This document shows positions 61,304-64,000 of a DNA stretch of 64,000 nt, in pieces (position 1 is the first letter of the stretch; every line of letters begins with the position of its first letter). A program made the translations under genes and the position numbers. Below the pieces are notes generated by a model. The model ran no database searches and was not told where the DNA came from. It saw nothing but the letters and a program-made list of their open reading frames with translations. Source of the stretch: Lophium mytilinum (taxonomy: Eukaryota); assembly GCA_010093605.1 (NCBI GenBank), contig MU004195.1, forward strand, positions 1,131,566-1,195,565. Direction: 5' to 3'.

Positions 61304-62218
61304 ATGCGCATCGCCATCGCCGGAACGGGCGATGTGTCTAAGCTATTTGTCGAAGAATTCCTGAAAGCGTCGCACGAAGTCGTCGTACTTGCAAGGGGGC
61401 CAAGGGAATGGTTTACGCGGCCCGATGTAGCTCTGCGCCAAACCGACTACTCAGTGTCCTCATTGACGCAGTATCTGGAGGACTGCGATGGCCTGATATC
61501 CGCCATCCAAGATAACGAAATGACGAACGTTAACGTCCACCTCGCGATGCTGGAAGCTTGCAAGAAGAGTCCAAAATGCAAACGCTTCATCCCGTCCGAG
61601 TACATCGGCGACGTTGAAAAGTACCCAGAGCAGCCGGAGTTCTATTTCGCGAACCACCAACCCATCCGGGATGCACTTGCCGCGCAAAAGGATGTCGAAT
61701 GGACGCTTTTTAATCTTGGCTGGCTGGCAGACTATCTTGTGCCGCAGAAAAACAGATACATCAGGAACATTGACGATGCACATCCTGTCAACTTCAACGA
61801 TAAGACGATGATCATACCAGGAACAGGCGATGAACCTATTACTTGTACCGCTGTCAGGGACGGTGCTAAGGCTATTGCCCATCTTTTCAACGCTCCGGCG
61901 TGGGAACCAGTCACCTATATTTCCGGGGAAGCGACCACATGGAACCAAGTCAAAGATCTATTAGCGAAACACGGCAACCAGCTCAAAATTAGCTACCGTC
62001 CGAAGGCGGAGCTTATGGACATTGTGTCTAATCCAACATCTCACACACCAGATGATCTTGTTACTGCCCAGTTTGGTATGTGGTCAGCATCTGGTTCAAC
62101 GCGCGTACCGGAAGAGAAGGCTGCTGCTCACAAGGAGAAGTTTTTCGCGGGTCTCCAGTTCCAATCGATAGAGGAAATATTATCGGCAGTAGAGAAAGAC
62201 GCTGAATTTGTAATGTAG
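61304..62218 (+). CDS. NmrA-like / isoflavone reductase-like NAD(P)-binding oxidoreductase
   Basis: MRIAIAGTGDV Rossmann motif, CKRFIPSEY, VEWTLFNLGWLADY and TAVRDGAKAIAHL. Confidence 0.9.
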   Translation: MRIAIAGTGDVSKLFVEEFLKASHEVVVLARGPREWFTRPDVALRQTDYSVSSLTQYLEDCDGLISAIQDNEMTNVNVHLAMLEACKKSPKCKRFIPSEYIGDVEKYPEQPEFYFANHQPIRDALAAQKDVEWTLFNLGWLADYLVPQKNRYIRNIDDAHPVNFNDKTMIIPGTGDEPITCTAVRDGAKAIAHLFNAPAWEPVTYISGEATTWNQVKDLLAKHGNQLKISYRPKAELMDIVSNPTSHTPDDLVTAQFGMWSASGSTRVPEEKAAAHKEKFFAGLQFQSIEEILSAVEKDAEFVM

Positions 62219-63030
62219 TCGATCTTTTTGCTCATATTGTATGGACGGAATACAACATCAACTCAAGGTCCCAAACGAGTTTCTGCCAGTCCTCTCACAT
62301 GATTCTATCATAAAACCCCTAATCTTGAAACCCCAATCCGTCATAACAAACCACGCCCACATCTAAGGCCCTCTCCCTCTCCAACCCTTGGTTACTCCTT
62401 CACAATCGCCGAAACCACCACCCCATCCTCGCTCCCCCCCAACTCAACCCCGCGACCACCACCCCGGCCCATGCCACCCGATTCTCCCCCCAACCCCTTC
62501 CCATCACGATCTCCACTCGTTTCTAGAGCACATCAACAGCAAGAAGTAGAAAATGCGCTCTGATGAGCTCTGACGTGAATTTCTACATTCGAGAACCTTT
62601 TCAAGATGCTCTAAACCTCGATATGTTCCAAGCTAATCATAGTAGTGTACCTAATAGTCACAAACCCTCCCCAAAATCTATTTTCTTGTGCCCTAATTCG
62701 CGCTGTCCTCCAGCCTATCCTTCTCGATCAGGACATGGCTCCAACTCTTCTGCATCTGCGTTACACCCGCGTGAGGTGCCTCAATAGTACTTCAAGAATC
62801 CGAGCAAGATTCCATTTCCAAAGCTTCTGAATTAGGTAGTCCGAAACTTATTTAGAAACAATGTTTCAAATCTAGCTGCAATTACAATCCCAGCGTACCC
62901 TGCTTTGCCGCCGTCTGAAGTCCCTCAACACATCGGGGGAAAATTGAGCAAAATGCTTCGGAGCATCCGACATACAAAGGTATCGAAAGCCGTGAATGCA
63001 CTCCCATTATACAGCTTCCTCTAAAAGTAC

Positions 63031-64000
63031 TTAATGCCCACTCGTCGACAAAATAAACGTCTTCCTCCCCTTCCCAGCCCAAAAAACCGCCGCATAAATA
63101 ATAACAAACACGATAACACACGACACATAATTCATAGTCATAGCCGTCGTAGGAATATACGCCGGGAACGAGTAAAACACCAACGTCAGCAGCGTCCACC
63201 CAATCGTCACGCAATTCGCAACCGGCCCAAACCTAGGCAGCCAGAACGGCCCGGGCGTGATGTTCTTGCGGCCATGTATAAGCAGCGCGATCACACAGGC
63301 GGAGTACGATAGGTATTGCAAGAGGAGTCCGCCGCCGATGAACGCGTTGAAGGCTTCCGTCGATCCGAGGTAGAGGCAGCCGAGGATTGCGACCCACGCG
63401 CAGGACCATAGGTGGGCCCAGATGGGTACGTCGAAGGGTTGGCTTGCTACTAGAGAGAGATGACGGCTGAACGGGAGACCTTTGTCGCATGCGAGGGCCC
63501 AGGCGAGGCGGGATTGCCATGTCTGTATGGAGACGCCGGCACATAGGAAGTTGAACGCCATCAGAGATTCCAGCGCGATGGCGCCCTTCTTGGATCCGAG
63601 ACATTGATAGAAAGCTTCGAGGCTGGGTAGGCCGGTGGGCGTGGAAACGATGTCGTCTAGGTTTGATACGGAGAAGAAGGTAGCGATGGCAATTGGGAGG
63701 CAAGTGCCGACGCCGAGCGCGACAGTCCACATGAGCGCTTTAGGGATGTTTTTCTGCGGCTCTGGCACCTCGTCGGCGAGATGCGTGATGGAGTCTATGC
63801 ATGAGAAGCCCCAGTTCGCGGCTAGTAAGCCGGTGAGGAAGGCGATTCCATCGCTCCAGCCTGAACTGTTCTCGTACGCGACGAAGACGAACTCTGCGGA
63901 TTGTTTGGTTGGGGAGGCGACGAGGACGGAGATGAAGATGGTTATCGTAGCCGCAACAGCGACGACGAGGTTGGCGAGCGCGATCTTGGGAAGGACGCGT
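63031..64000 (-). CDS. APC-family amino acid/choline/GABA permease, 3' part; 5'-truncated by the window edge
   Basis: SSGWSDGIAFLTGL..WGFSCIDSITHLADEVPEP.KNIPKA, SRLAWALACDKGLPFS, GCLYLGSTEAFNAF, PGPFWL and MNYVS. Confidence 0.92.
   Translation of the reverse strand, partial: RVLPKIALANLVVAVAATITIFISVLVASPTKQSAEFVFVAYENSSGWSDGIAFLTGLLAANWGFSCIDSITHLADEVPEPQKNIPKALMWTVALGVGTCLPIAIATFFSVSNLDDIVSTPTGLPSLEAFYQCLGSKKGAIALESLMAFNFLCAGVSIQTWQSRLAWALACDKGLPFSRHLSLVASQPFDVPIWAHLWSCAWVAILGCLYLGSTEAFNAFIGGGLLLQYLSYSACVIALLIHGRKNITPGPFWLPRFGPVANCVTIGWTLLTLVFYSFPAYIPTTAMTMNYVSCVIVFVIIYAAVFWAGKGRKTFILSTSGH

Noticed and set aside
62394..62522. Gly-rich minus-strand frame ending ..VVVSAIVKE*
   Set aside because: Looks like an orphan G-rich 3' gene end, but I could not support a start or a splice link to the permease.

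Overview
This is eukaryotic, intron-containing DNA from a filamentous ascomycete (Pezizomycotina; the GAPDH sequence looks Dothideomycete-like). It has GT-AG introns with CTRAC branch sites. I found no rRNA, tRNA or true CRISPR-Cas. Conserved housekeeping genes are TSC2 (3' part), an M28 aminopeptidase, COX5, GAPDH, RNase H2A, gamma-tubulin complex GCP2/Spc97, an ACBP-domain protein, and MFS and amino-acid permeases. These are interleaved with fast-evolving accessory genes: two HET-domain genes, three paralogous F-box-like/DUF7730-type genes, an F-box gene, a HeLo-like/TPR/RanBP1-domain fusion, and a secreted HExxH metallopeptidase divergent from a Cys-rich secreted protein. The most unusual segment is about 6-16 kb. 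It holds an orphan basic/acidic ORF, then about 6 kb with no long ORF, then a ~1.75 kb non-coding array of ~30 related 16-26 bp cores. The cores sit at nearly fixed ~40/~50 bp spacing, are separated by highly divergent spacers, and are organised in ~142 bp and ~334 bp higher-order units. All family assignments come from motif recognition by eye, not from database searches.
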